Positions 13,321-25,485 of a stretch of 64,000 nt of DNA are shown in pieces (within the stretch, counting starts at the first letter, position 1; each line of letters opens with the position of its first letter). The translations under genes and the position numbers were made by a program. The notes below the pieces were generated by a model. The model had not been told where the DNA came from and did no database searches. It worked only from the letters and a program-made list of their open reading frames with translations. The stretch spans positions 13,950,001 through 14,014,000 of the forward strand of contig NC_043017.1 in the NCBI RefSeq assembly GCF_006345805.1, in the 5' to 3' direction. The stretch comes from Octopus sinensis. Lineage: Eukaryota.

Positions 13321-13675
13321 TATAAACACGTCACAGTCTCTACAGTACATTACTAATCCTATCAATAGACTAGAGGGGGTAGAGCGACAGAAATTGTAGT
13401 GTACTGCACTAAAAATTCGACACTCAGTAGCCATGTGTCTCAGTTCTGGGTTCAAATCCCATCGGAATCAACTCCTCCAACTCCAATCTAAGTTTTAGAA
13501 AACAAACACCAGACATAAATTGGAGAAGCAATGCGTCTGTTAACCGTGACCTACAAATCTGTGACGAACAAACTGACCTTGTTTCAATTAGCTCCACCGA
13601 TTGAGTGAAATCCCATTACCCCCAGGATGACTTTCTTTTTCTTTTCTTATGGGTTTAATGAAAAAAGAAACCAGA

Positions 13676-13930
13676 GGCGCAGGAGTGGCTGGTGTGGTAA
13701 GTAGCTTGCTTACCAACCACATGGTTCCGGGTTCAGTCCCACTGGCGTGGCATCTGGGCAAGGTGTTTCTGCTATAGTCCAGGGCCGACCAATGCCTTGT
13801 GAGTGAATTTGGTAGACGGTAACTGAAAGAAGCCTGTCGTATATATGTATATATATAATATGTATGTGTGTGTATGTTGTGTGTCTGTGTTTGTCCTCCT
13901 AGCATTGCTTGACAACCGATGCTGGTGTGT
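13676..13930 (+). mobile_element. tRNA-derived SINE running into the assembly gap
   Basis: GGCGCAGGAGTGGCTGGTGTGG..GGTTCAGTCCC head. Confidence 0.9.
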
Positions 13931-14030
13931 NNNNNNNNNNNNNNNNNNNNNNNNNNNNNNNNNNNNNNNNNNNNNNNNNNNNNNNNNNNNNNNNNNNNNN
14001 NNNNNNNNNNNNNNNNNNNNNNNNNNNNNN
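13931..14030. other. Assembly gap (100 N)
   Basis: Seen directly. Confidence 1.
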
Positions 14031-14170
14031 TTTTTGGCTAATTTTGAAATTAAATCGGCAGTTATATTTACTGCTGAAAATCCGCGCGAATGTGGTGGAT
14101 TTTGAAAAGTTATAGCATATAGACTCGAGGCATGGTCCTTATCGCCTCGTGCCTATATGCCAGCCTTGGC

Positions 14171-14259
14171 TTCCTGCTGAAGATGGCAGCGCCAATCGTA
14201 AATTAAAATAATTCTATTTTATTTACAAAAGATTGCCGAAACTTTGCATAGTCCAGGAA
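14171..14259 (+). ncRNA. Type I hammerhead ribozyme, intact core, long helix II; predicted cleavage after GUC at 14253
   Basis: Helix I TTCCTG/CAGGAA; core CTGAAGA(+T); helix II GGCA/TGCC closing a long AT-rich hairpin; GAA; helix III ACT-ttgcat-AGT; C17. Confidence 0.8.
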
Positions 14260-14692
14260 AGATAGGGTAAACGTTTTTATTTCTCTTTCAGTTTCTGAAT
14301 TACAACTATTAGTGGTTGGAGTTTAACTGCTCTTTCTAGTGAGTCAGATGTCCTATTATAGCCATCTCTTATGTGTTTAAATTATATATATGTATAATAT
14401 ATATATATATATATATAATATATTATTATATTTAGCAATTAAGGACAACTACTTAATAAGGAAAACTTAACAAGAAATGTCAGGTAGATAGCGTAAAACC
14501 TCATAAGAGAAAAAATTTCGAAAATAATTATTTCTTATTGAACATATTAATTTATATATAGAGGGCATTATACATACATGCCAGAAGGCATTATACATAC
14601 ATGCCAAACGCTAGAGGACAATCAGTCATTTCTCCAAAATATTACTAATCCCACCGAATGCAATTTTTCAAAGTAAGACATTTAAAAATATA

Positions 14693-14737
14693 GACCTGTA
14701 TCACAGTGATTTCTACTTACGTAATCATCAGCAGGCC
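14693..14737 (-). ncRNA. Minimal type I hammerhead-like ribozyme (AUA triplet)
   Basis: Minus strand GGCCTG-CTGATGA-T-TAC-GTAA-GTA-GAA-ATCA-CTG-TGAT-A-CAGGTC; all three helices pair, but the G10.1-C11.1 pair is replaced by U-A. Confidence 0.6.
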
Positions 14738-15244
14738 TGAATGTATTATAAATAAACAACGACCCTGCCCCGCTTAAGCCGATCAGCTAACTGATCAACA
14801 TCACGAAGCACATGGGTGAGTTTACATATATTACATCCGGTAAATGGCAAACTTTTACGATTGCATTTTGGGAGAGGAAAAGTTTTTTCGGAATAAAAAT
14901 TAGCAATTAAGGACAACTACTTAATAAGGAAAACTTAACAAGAAATTGGTCAGGTAGATAGCGTAAAAACCTCATAAGAAAAAATTTCGAAAATAATTAT
15001 TCTTATTGAATATATTAAATTATATATAGAGGGCATTATACTACATGCCAGAAGGCATTATACATACATGCCAACTCTAAGAGGGACAATCAGTCATTTC
15101 TACCAAATGTCTTACTTTGAAAAATGCATTCGGGGGATTAGTAATATTTTTGGTAGAAATGGAACTGACTGATTGTCCTCTTAGCGTTGGCATGTATGTA
15201 TAATGCCTTCTGGCATGTATGGTATAATGCCCTCTATATATAAA

Positions 15245-15332
15245 TTATATATATATATATATATATATCTATATATATATGTATATGTTATATATATGTA
15301 TATATATATATATATTATATTATATGTATATA

Positions 15333-15369
<37 letters not shown>

Positions 15370-15945
15370 GTAATATATATATGTATATGTATATATATAT
15401 GTATATGTATTATATATATGTATATATATATATATATGTAGATATATATATATATGTATATGTATATATATGTATATATATATATATATATATGTATATT
15501 ATATGTAATATATATGTATATATATATGTATTATATATATATTATGTATATATTATATGTATGTATATATATATGTATATATATATATATGTATAGATAT
15601 ATATGTATATATATGTATATATATTGTATATATATGTATATATATATGTATATATATGTATATCATATATATATGTATATGTATTATGTATATATATATG
15701 TATATGTATATGTATATGTATATATATATGTATATATATATGTATGTAATATGTTGTATATATATATGTATTATATTATATGTATATATATATATATATG
15801 TATATATATATGTATATATATGTATATATATATATGTAATATATGTATATATGATAATATATAATATATATATATATAATATATATATATTGTATGTATA
15901 TACATATATATATATATATTATATATATATATATAATATATATAT
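15245..15945. repeat. Long (TA)/(TATG) microsatellite
   Basis: Seen directly. Confidence 0.95.
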
Positions 15946-16090
15946 CCTTTGATACTTTGATAGGTTTCCGGCCATTATTGGCCCAGGCCATGTCTAACTT
16001 AATAGCACCACCACCAATTATATATATATATTTTCTTTTCTAGTTTCATATATGTATGTATATATATATATATGTATATATATATATTTA

Positions 16091-17456
16091 TGGTGCATAG
16101 GTAGAAACTCTATAAGATGCACCAAGTGTAAGCTTATGGACACATAAGAGATGCAGCAATGTCAAAGGAAGGCTAACTAGGAAGATGGTTTTTGTATGTG
16201 GCAGATGCTCAGGAACAATAAACACTGAAATGCTCTTAGACCAACTTCCGTCACTTTCCAGGGAGAAAAACTAGAAATAGTTGATAGTTTCTGTTACCTA
16301 GGTGACCAAGTCAGCAGCGGGGGCGGGTGTGCTGAAAGTGTAACTGCTAGAGTAAGAATAGCTTGGGCAAGTTCAGAGAGCTCTTACCTCTGCTGGTGAC
16401 AAAAGGCCTCTCGCACAGAGTGAAAGGCAGACTGTATGATGCGTGTGTACGAACAGCCATGCTACATGACATGTGAAACATGGGCCGTGACTGCTGAGGA
16501 TATGCGTAAGCTCGCTAGAAATGAAGCCAGTATGCTCCGATGGATGTGTAATGCCGGTACTCACACTCGGCAGAGTGTAAGTACCTTGAGAGAAAAGCTG
16601 GACATAAGAAGCATCAGTTGTGGTGTGCAAGAGAGACGTTTGCGCTGGTATGGTCAGTGGCGAGAATGGATGAAGATAGTTGTGTGAAAAAGTGCCACAC
16701 CCTAGCGGTTGAGGGAACCTGTGGAAGAGGCAACCCAGGAAAACCTGGGACGAGGTGGTGAAGCACGACCTTCGACTTTAGGTCTCACTGAGGAAATGAC
16801 TAGAGACCGAGACCTGGTAGTGTGCTGTGCGCGAGAAGACCCGGCAGGACAAGTGAGTCCATAACCCGGGCCTTCTACATGGGATGGAGCTAGCCTACGT
16901 ATGCATACCTTCCCTTCTTGGGACACAAAACTCTACTTGTGAAGACGTGTTGAGGCAAGTGAGGATCAGAATCGAATCGATCAATGAAATTGCGGATGTG
17001 CTACCAGTGCCGGTGGCATGTCGAACTCTGCTTGTGAAGACCCATTGAGGCAAGTGAGGATCAGAATCGAAATCGATCAATGGAAATCGATCAATGGAAA
17101 TTGCAGATGTGTTACCAGTGCCGGTGGCATGTAAGAGAACTTTCCGTTTCGCGACCGTTGCCATCACCGCCCCGTTTCGTGTCCGTTTCCAGCCTCGCCT
17201 GGCCCTCGTGCCGGTTGGCACATAAAAGCACCATCCGTTCGTGGCCGTTTGCCAGCTCTGTCTGGCACCAGTGCGGGTGGCACGTAAAAGCACCCACTAC
17301 ACTCACGGAGTGGTTGGCGTTAGGAAGGGCATCCAGCCATATTTGACTGGGCCTGATGAAGCCTTCTGGCTTCACAGACCCCAGTAGAACCGTCCAACCC
17401 ATGCTAGCATGGAAAACGGACGCTAAACGATGATGATGATGATGATGATGATGATG
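16091..17456 (+). mobile_element. RTE-clade LINE, 5'-truncated, with 3' UTR and (GAT)n tail
   Basis: ..SFCYLGDQVSSGG..AWAKFRELLPLL..ETWAVTAEDMRKLARNEASMLRWMC; same family as 17673-19554. Confidence 0.9.
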
Positions 17457-17672
17457 TATACATATATATATGTATATATATATATATATATGTATATATA
17501 TGTATATATATATATATATATATGTATATATTCTTATATTTTGGAATGGTCATTTTGCCAGTTTAGCCAATTAAAACACACACACTATATATTTGGTGTT
17601 ACTTTGCTTGAGTGTTATTTATTTTTTACATTAATCTTAATCTTATTTCGGCCAGAGTTCTTTCGTCACACA

Positions 17673-19554
17673 CCTGTACCTGGCTTTTGTTGACATGGAG
17701 AAAGCCTTCGACTGCTACACCAGTCATTGGGTATGACTCCTTCGTGTATCACCTGATTAACTATACGGGTCCCCCGATCCCTTATCTGGTGATCTATGAG
17801 GAAACTAGGGATAGATGAATGGTTAGTGAGAGCTGTACAAGCCATGTATAGAGACGCTGCTAGTAAGGTGAAGGTTGGCATCGGGTACAGTGAAGAATTC
17901 AGGGTAGAGATTGGGGTCCACCAAGGTTCAGTCCTCAGTCCCCTCCTATTTATCATAGTCCTCCAGGCAATAACGGAGGAATTCAAGACAGGATGCCCCT
18001 GGGAGCTCCTCTATGCTGAAGACCTTGCTCTAATTGCTGAGTCTTTATCAGAACTAGAGGAGAAGTTTCAGGTATGGAAGCAAGGTTTAGAATCGAAGGG
18101 CCTTAGAGTCAACCTAGCCAAAACCAAAGTCCTAATAAGTAGGAAGGTAGACCAATCACAAACGCCTTCGGGTAGATGGCCCTGCTCGATCTGTAGAAAA
18201 GGCGTAGGTAGAAACTCTATAAGATGCACCAAATGTAAGCTATGGACACATAAGAGATGTAGTAATATCAAAGGAAGACTAACTAGGAAAATAGTTTTTA
18301 TCTGTGGCAGATGCTCAGGAGCAATAAACTCTGAAAATATGCAGAGACCAACTTCTACCACGTTTCAGGGAGAAAAACTAGAAGTAGTTGATAGCTTCCG
18401 CTACCTAGGGGACCAAGTCAGTAGCGGGGGCGGGTGTGCTGAAAGTGTAACTGCTAGAGTAAGAATAGCCTGGGCAAAGTTCAGAGAGCTCTTACCTCTG
18501 CTGGTGACAAAAGGCCTCTCACTCAGAATAAAAGGCAGACTGTATGATGCATGTGTACGAACAGCCATGCTACATGGCAGTGAAACATGGGCTGTGACTG
18601 CTGAGGATTTGTGTAAGCTCACAAGAAATGAAGCTAGTATGCTCCGATGGATGTGTAACATCAGTGTTCATAATCGACAGAGTGTAAGTACCTTGAGAGA
18701 AAAGTTGAACCTAAGAAGCATCAGTTGTTGTGTGCAAGAGAGACGTTTGCGCTGGTATGGTCATGTGATGAGAATGGCTGAAGATAGTTGTGTGTGAAAG
18801 TGCCACACCCTGGCAGTTGAGGGGACCTGTGGAATAGGTAGACCCAGGAAAACCTGGGTCGAGGTGGTGAAGCACGACCTTCGAACTTTAGGTCTCACTG
18901 ACGAAATGACCAGAGACCGAGACCTTTGGAAGTATGCTGTGCGTGAGAAAACCCGGCAAGACCAGTGAGAACAGTCAAAATCAAAATCAAACCAAATCAA
19001 TTCATATATCAGAAAGCAGAACCAAATTGAGGTCGATCAACATCAGTGGGAATTGCAGCTGTGGTTAAGCGAACCATCTGATCGTGGTCGTTGCCGGCGC
19101 CGCCCTGTCTAGCCTCCATGTCGGTGGCACGTAAAAGCACCATCCGTTCGTGCTCATTGCCAGCCTCGCCTGGCCCCCGTGCCGGTGACACGTAAAAGCA
19201 CCATCCGTTCGTGGCCATTTGCCAGCTCTGTCTGGCCCCCGTGTTGGTGGCACGTAAAAGCACCATCCATTCGTGTTCATTGCCAGCCTCGCCTGGCCCC
19301 CGTGCCGGTGACACGTAAAAGCACCATCCGTTCGTGGCCGTTTGCCAACTCTGTCTGGCACCTGTGCAGGTGGCACATGAAGAGCAACCACTACACTCAC
19401 GGAGTGGTTGGCGTTAGGAAGGGCATCCAGCTGTAGAAACACTGTCAGATCTGACTGGGCCTGATGAAGCCTTCCAGCTTCACAGACCCCAGTTGAACCG
19501 TCCAACCCATGCTAGCATGGAAAACGGACGCTAAATGATGATGATGATAATGAT
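17673..19554 (+). mobile_element. RTE-clade LINE, 5'-truncated: RT with embedded PHD finger, 3' UTR repeats and (GAT)n tail
   Basis: YLAFVDMEKAFD, GVHQGSVLSP, LYAED (YADD in the 52-54 kb copy), C4HC3 finger, FRYLG; 333-aa ORF 17796-18797. Confidence 0.95.
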
Positions 19555-19561
19555 GTATATG

Positions 19562-19594
<33 letters not shown>

Positions 19595-19609
19595 GTATAT
19601 GTATATTTA

Positions 19610-19640
<31 letters not shown>

Positions 19641-19674
19641 TATATAATGTATTGTATATCTATAGAATATATAT

Positions 19675-19718
<44 letters not shown>

Positions 19719-19798
19719 GGAAGTATATATATTATATATATATATATATATATATTATAATGTATGTATATATATATATATATATATTATAATGTATG

Positions 19799-19833
<35 letters not shown>

Positions 19834-19853
19834 ATGTATGTGTATATATATAT

Positions 19854-19913
<60 letters not shown>

Positions 19914-20029
19914 CAGATAGTATTTATCAGCGCTGTCATCGTGTTCATTTCTGAGACTCATCAGATATGATTTTTTTACAGTAAAGTTTGTGCATTTTAT
20001 ATAAATATAGAAGAAAATGTTCCTTTGTT

Positions 20030-20335
20030 ATTTATATGTGTGTTATCACTGCTGTGAATTCTTGCACGTAGGCAAAAAGTCTTTTTGATTTCACCAATAT
20101 AATTTTCCTTGCAATTGGGGTGGCTTACGCATTATATGAGATTTTCGGACTTGCAGTCCATGTCTATAGTTACTTTGAAAGAGAATCAAATTCTAAATTT
20201 GACATGGAAGCCACTGTCCAAATATTTGAAGATGTTGTATTGCATGTTCCACATCTGTTATCTCCACAACTCTTCTCTGAGAATTCTGAATTACCCTTTA
20301 ATATGAATTTTGCAATGATGAGATGATTTGAAATA
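20030..20335 (-). mobile_element. Penelope GIY-YIG endonuclease remnant
   Basis: Minus strand: AKF..KSCGDNRCGTC, then DMDCKSENLI*CV..PNCKENYIGE..LRARIH. Confidence 0.8.
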
Positions 20336-21540
20336 TTTTTTTGGTTGGCGTTTAATTTCGTGAAAGATGTTTATTTCTCTTTCTTTCTTTCTTTCTTTCT
20401 CTCTCCTCCTTTCTTCTGTTTTCTCTTTCTGGCCAGGCTTCCAGGGTTTCACTACACACATGCTTGCATGCACCTCACACATGTACACGTGCATATACAC
20501 ACACATATGGATAAGAAAGGAACATTTTATTCCATAATGTAATATAATATATAATAATATGTAGTTAGATAGTTGCATAGACAGACAGACAGATAGATAG
20601 ACATTGTGGGTATGCATGTGAATAAGGTTTTCACTAAATGAACGTATACTTTAGATATAGCTTAGAAATCGAATAGCTTACCTCCTATATATAAAACTGT
20701 TTGTAATATTTCTTGGTACTGTCTAAAGTATACGTAACACAAATGTTATGGTAGAGTAGGAGGATAAAAGTAACGGCAATATACTAACACTGCAATCAAA
20801 TACGTGTGTGTATGTATTTTCTGCTATTTGTTGTCATCAGTTATTTATCATCAATAAAATACTAACAAATTTCCCATCAACCAATCATTTACCACTAATT
20901 ATATATTTATGTCCATTTCATTAATTTTGTGATTTACAGTCTCTGATAAAAACCAAGAGTATAATTTGTGGAAACATAGGTATTAAGGTATTGCTTTTTT
21001 AAATTGATCTGGAGAAAAAGGATCTTCCATGACATTCGCCAGTCTTCCCTTATTGGTGAAGTCGGCATGATTGGTAACACAAGAAGGAGGAGAGATGAGT
21101 GCATTGATAGATCTTCAATATAAATGGGAAGTGGCCTAACTTCGAGAAGTGGACACTATTGCAATGGTGGCAATAAATGTTGAAAGTCATAAAGAAATCT
21201 AATGTATGTGGTGCAGTGTAACAGTGTGGACATATTAGTCTCCCTCTCTACACTAGTCCAGTCTATTTCTCTACATCCGTTGTGTATCTGAAGTCAGCTC
21301 AGATCATGTAAACTGTTGATCAAAGATGAACCAGGACTGTGTTATCCTCTATGATTTCTCATTGTTTAAATATGATAGATTAAAGAGATATTTGGTTGTT
21401 ATTTGAAAGTGTAAAGTGACCACGTAGAAGTTCTCTATTGTTGTTTAAAGGTATACTAGTCATGATTATTTCATCTCTTTTTCAAATCAGGTTAGATATG
21501 ATGAAAAAAATATAAACGAAGACAATGTAAAAAATACAAT

Positions 21541-21657
<117 letters not shown>

Positions 21658-21697
21658 TTATCTATCTCTACATACACACACACATATATATACACCC

Positions 21698-21731
<34 letters not shown>

Positions 21732-21869
21732 GTATGTGTCCAAGGAATTGTCATAAATAAGAAAATAGCACACACCAAAGTTAGTCTCAAAGCAACCAGT
21801 TTATGTTACTGAACCGTTTCGTATTAAAAGTTTATTTCTAGAATAAAAGGATAATGTTATATTCATCAG

Positions 21870-22700
21870 ACATGGCTGATCGGCAAACTACAGCTTGAGC
21901 GCTTTTATACTGGAAGTTTAAAACAGCCTATCTGGTCGATGAATCAGGGAGATGTTGCAGAAGAAAAAAACGAAACGCAAATCATGAATAAAACCCATGG
22001 TCGAAAGCAAGGCTGGACCGAGCTGACCTATGGATTCTTATAAGCTTTTAACTTTTAAATATACTATGTAGTAACTTTTCATACCTTGGTGTTATTGAAA
22101 AGGATGAAGGGCCACACCTTCGATAGCCTCGGGAATGACGCAAACCATATTCTTAACTTCCAGTTTCAAAATTACGACACATACAAATATGAAAATGATT
22201 GATTCCTTAGCCATGTCGTTTGACCAAGACACACATTCGTATGAAGTCTTCAGGAAATCAAACAAAAGCAGACATATATTGACATAGTTTCATGCCATGT
22301 AATCATAGTTTTCAAAAAACTAGTGAAGTCATTTAAAATAAAGGCCTTCGGCCTCTCTTCCAATAAGGAGATTTCCGACACAGTAACCCTGCATTATAAT
22401 GCGGTTCTGGCTGCTATCCGTTTCAAATACAAGATTAGTTGTATGCCCAACCCAGTGAAAGTGTCATCATAAAGTTTTCTCTTAATATCAAGACTTGTTT
22501 TGGTAAGATTTTCTTTAGATTAATAGATAAGAATTTACCACTGACATGTAAATGTAGAAAAGTTTTCAATAAGTACACATTAAGGTGTTTCTAATTAGCT
22601 GTATACTTGATATAAACAAATTTTAGTCAGACAAATTTTAATAATTAGGCTTAAATCAGACGTAGAATCACTAAATGGTCAATGTAAAAAAAGAGGTTGT
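21870..22700 (-). mobile_element. Highly decayed L1/Tx1-like RT remnant
   Basis: Degenerate equivalents of K.LA.RLK.ILP, DFEKAFD.W, RG.RQGCP and FAD(D) in the expected order. Confidence 0.45.
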
Positions 22701-23197
22701 TGCATATACGGCAGATTAGTATCAAAGAATCCTAGCAGACTAATGTAAGTACAGAAATATGCTGAAAGAGTGGAAGGCTCTTTCTCACCAAACTCTAAGA
22801 ATCACAATCTTTTAGAATCTAGAACAGACATAGAATCACAATATTGGCCAGAAACAAGTAGTTGTTGAAAGAAAATACTATGCAATGTAATTAATGTTCA
22901 CTGGAAATTGCTGAGAAAGTGCAGACCACTTCAAAACAGCAATAGAAGGTGCTAACATTGTTTAGGGGGGAAAAGGGTTAAACATAAGTATTCGCTCCAC
23001 TCAGGAGCGAATACTTATGTTTTCTCTCTTTATACCATTGAGCTGAAATATACTTTTGGGTAACTGGTAGGTTCCACCGTAGAAATGTAGGCAGGCATTT
23101 ATCTTTTTGAAGTTCTTTAATCTTTTATTACATATTAGGTTTTCCTACCCCTTTTTTCCAATCAATTTCTTTCAATAATATTCACTTGTATCTTGCT

Positions 23198-24150
23198 CAG
23201 GGTTAAAGGTAGATTGTACGATGCATGTGTGCGAACTGCTATGCTTCACAGCAGTGAAACATGGGCTGTGACTGCGGAAGACATGCGTAGGCTCAAAAGA
23301 AATGAAGCTAGCATGATCCACTGGTTGTGTAATGTCAGTGTGCACACACGACAGAGTGTAAGCACCATGAGAATAATGTTGGGCATAAGAAGCATCGGAT
23401 GTGGTGTGCAAGAGAGACATTTGCGCTGGTATGATCTTGTACTACGGATGGATGAGGAGAGATGTGTGAAGAAGCGCCACTCCCTAACAGTTGAAGGAAT
23501 CCGGGGTAGGGTTAGACCCAGAAAGACATGGGATGAGGTGGTCAAGCATGACCTTCAAACATTGGGCCTCACAGAGGCAATGACGAAAGACTGAGACCTC
23601 TGGAGATATGCTGTGACTGCGAAGACCCGACAAATAAAGTGAGTTCATGGCTGTATCCTACACCAGCTTCACATAACCAGTGCCAGCCCATTCAAAGTAC
23701 CTTAGATCGCAGGATGGCCTGCTGTACTTACCTTGGATTGTAGGGTGACCTATTGTGCTTGAGGAAACCTATTGAGTCAAGTAAATCAACATCAAAATAC
23801 AAATCAAATGGAAATTGTAGTCGTGATACCCATGCCAGTGCCACATAAAAAGCACCATCCGAATGTGGCCGATGCCAGCGCCGCCTTGACTGGCTTCTGT
23901 GCCAGTAGCACATAAAAAGCACCAAACGATTGTGGCCGTTGCCAGCCTCCCCTGGCCCCGGTGCCAGTGGCACGTAAAAAGCACCCACTACACTCACAGA
24001 GTGGTTGGCGTTAGGAAGGGCATCCAGCTGTAGAAACACTGCCAGATCAGACTGGAGCCTGTTGCAGCCGCTTGGTTTTCCAGACCCCGGTCGAACCATC
24101 CAACTCATGCTTGCATGGAAAACGGACGTTAAATGATGATGATGATGATC
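23198..24150 (+). mobile_element. RTE-clade LINE 3' fragment with tail
   Basis: RVKGRLYDACVRTAMLHSSETWAVT..GRVRPRKTWDEVVKHDL; shared 3' tail and (GAT)n. Confidence 0.9.
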
Positions 24151-24369
24151 CCTTCCTCCCCAACCCCAGTCGTTTCCTCTTATTCCTCATACCTCTCTTT
24201 ACGTTAGCTCCTATTTTTCAATGTCTGGGACCCCTATCAGAATACATGCTGACATAAACTGACTTCAAAAGCTCTTCTCTGCCTCTCATCATACCTCTCT
24301 CTCTCTCTCTCTCTCTCCCTCTCATGACCTTTCTATCACACTTTTGCCCTCTCATATTTCCTCAATTAC

Positions 24370-24640
24370 ATACACATAACTGATGGGAGATTACTGTCAA
24401 TGGAAGAAAGACTTGAAACTCATACTTACAGATATAACCATCATCGGAGTAAAGACCAACCTCTCTGTGATTTGTCAGATTTGAGGTTTTAGACCTCCTG
24501 TACAAAAGAGCAAAAGCTATATATTTGTGAGTAGCCGTATCTGACAAGCACTAAATCATTCTTCCCTTACAGAGAGAACTTTTCAGTATGAAACAGTTTG
24601 GTAATTCAGGGTAGCTGTTTTGAGATTAAATAATTTATAG
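24370..24640 (-). mobile_element. Penelope RT remnant
   Basis: EVGLYSDDG resembles the Penelope GLYRDDGL catalytic motif. Confidence 0.5.
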
Positions 24641-24666
24641 TTCTTAAATACTCTCTCGCAGTTTCC

Positions 24667-24698
<32 letters not shown>

Positions 24699-24897
24699 AT
24701 CTTTGTTTTTTTTTTTGTAAATTCCAGCAATAATGTATGTATATGTATACATACACACACACACACACATATAGTTATATATGTGTGCGTGTGTATGCAT
24801 ATATAAGATTACATGCATAATACATACATATATACACACATGTATATGCGCATATACATTTATACATACATATGTATATATATATATATATATATAT

Positions 24898-25485
24898 ATT
24901 AATTCACATAAAGTTAGGATAGGTTTTTCAAACACAAAAAATCTCTTGCAAATTATATCTTCTCATAATAACAAACTGTTAAATATTAATACATTTACTA
25001 ATACTAACATTAATTTAGCTACTACCATCCAACCCTCTAGAAATATTAATAACAAGGTTATTGTATCTGAAGTCAATCCCAATAGAATTAAATTTATGTC
25101 AAGTAACTCTAAGATTAAAAATTCTATATACCAGTGTATAATCAGTACTCGTAATAAAGTACAATTTTACATTGGAAGCACATCGTTAGAGTTATCTAAG
25201 AGAATTTCTATCCATTACTCAACATTTAGGGATAGAAATAAACGGAATAGTACCGGTCTCAGCAAACTGATTTGGAATTTAAAAGACCACAATGAACAAT
25301 TTCATTTGGAATGGTTGATCCTCTCAATTTCGATACCATATGACAAAGGCAAGAAATTCTGTCTTCTCTGCAATTCTGAGCTATTTTTCATTATTTTTTC
25401 TAAAAATACTCTAGTAAACACGGTTATAGAACGAGCATACAGATGTAAGCATTGGCAAAAGCATACTTTTAGTGCATATAAGTAG
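24898..25485 (+). mobile_element. Penelope-like element C-terminal ORF: GIY-YIG endonuclease with Cys-rich tail
   Basis: SIYQC..FYIGST..SKRISIH..STGLSKLIWNLK..W.IL..CLLCNSE..N..CKH. Confidence 0.85.

Noticed and set aside
14037-14190. Hydrophobic mini-ORF MVLIASCLYASLGFLL..
   Set aside because: Overlaps the hammerhead/pLTR-like region and stops after ~24 codons with no consistent downstream exon
15279-15991. Many YI/VC-rich ORFs here and at 2.3-2.9, 5.9, 13.1, 35.9 and 62.3 kb
   Set aside because: Stop-free frames of (TA)/(TG) microsatellites
20074-20326. Plus-strand exon-like ORF with a hydrophobic segment (AKSLFDFTNIIFLAIGVAYALYEIFG..)
   Set aside because: It is the antisense shadow of a Penelope GIY-YIG remnant on the minus strand (CKENYIGE)
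24490-24620. Apparent plus-strand exon pair with good splice sites
   Set aside because: The intron would be only 46 nt, and the region is the antisense of a Penelope RT motif (GLYSDDG)
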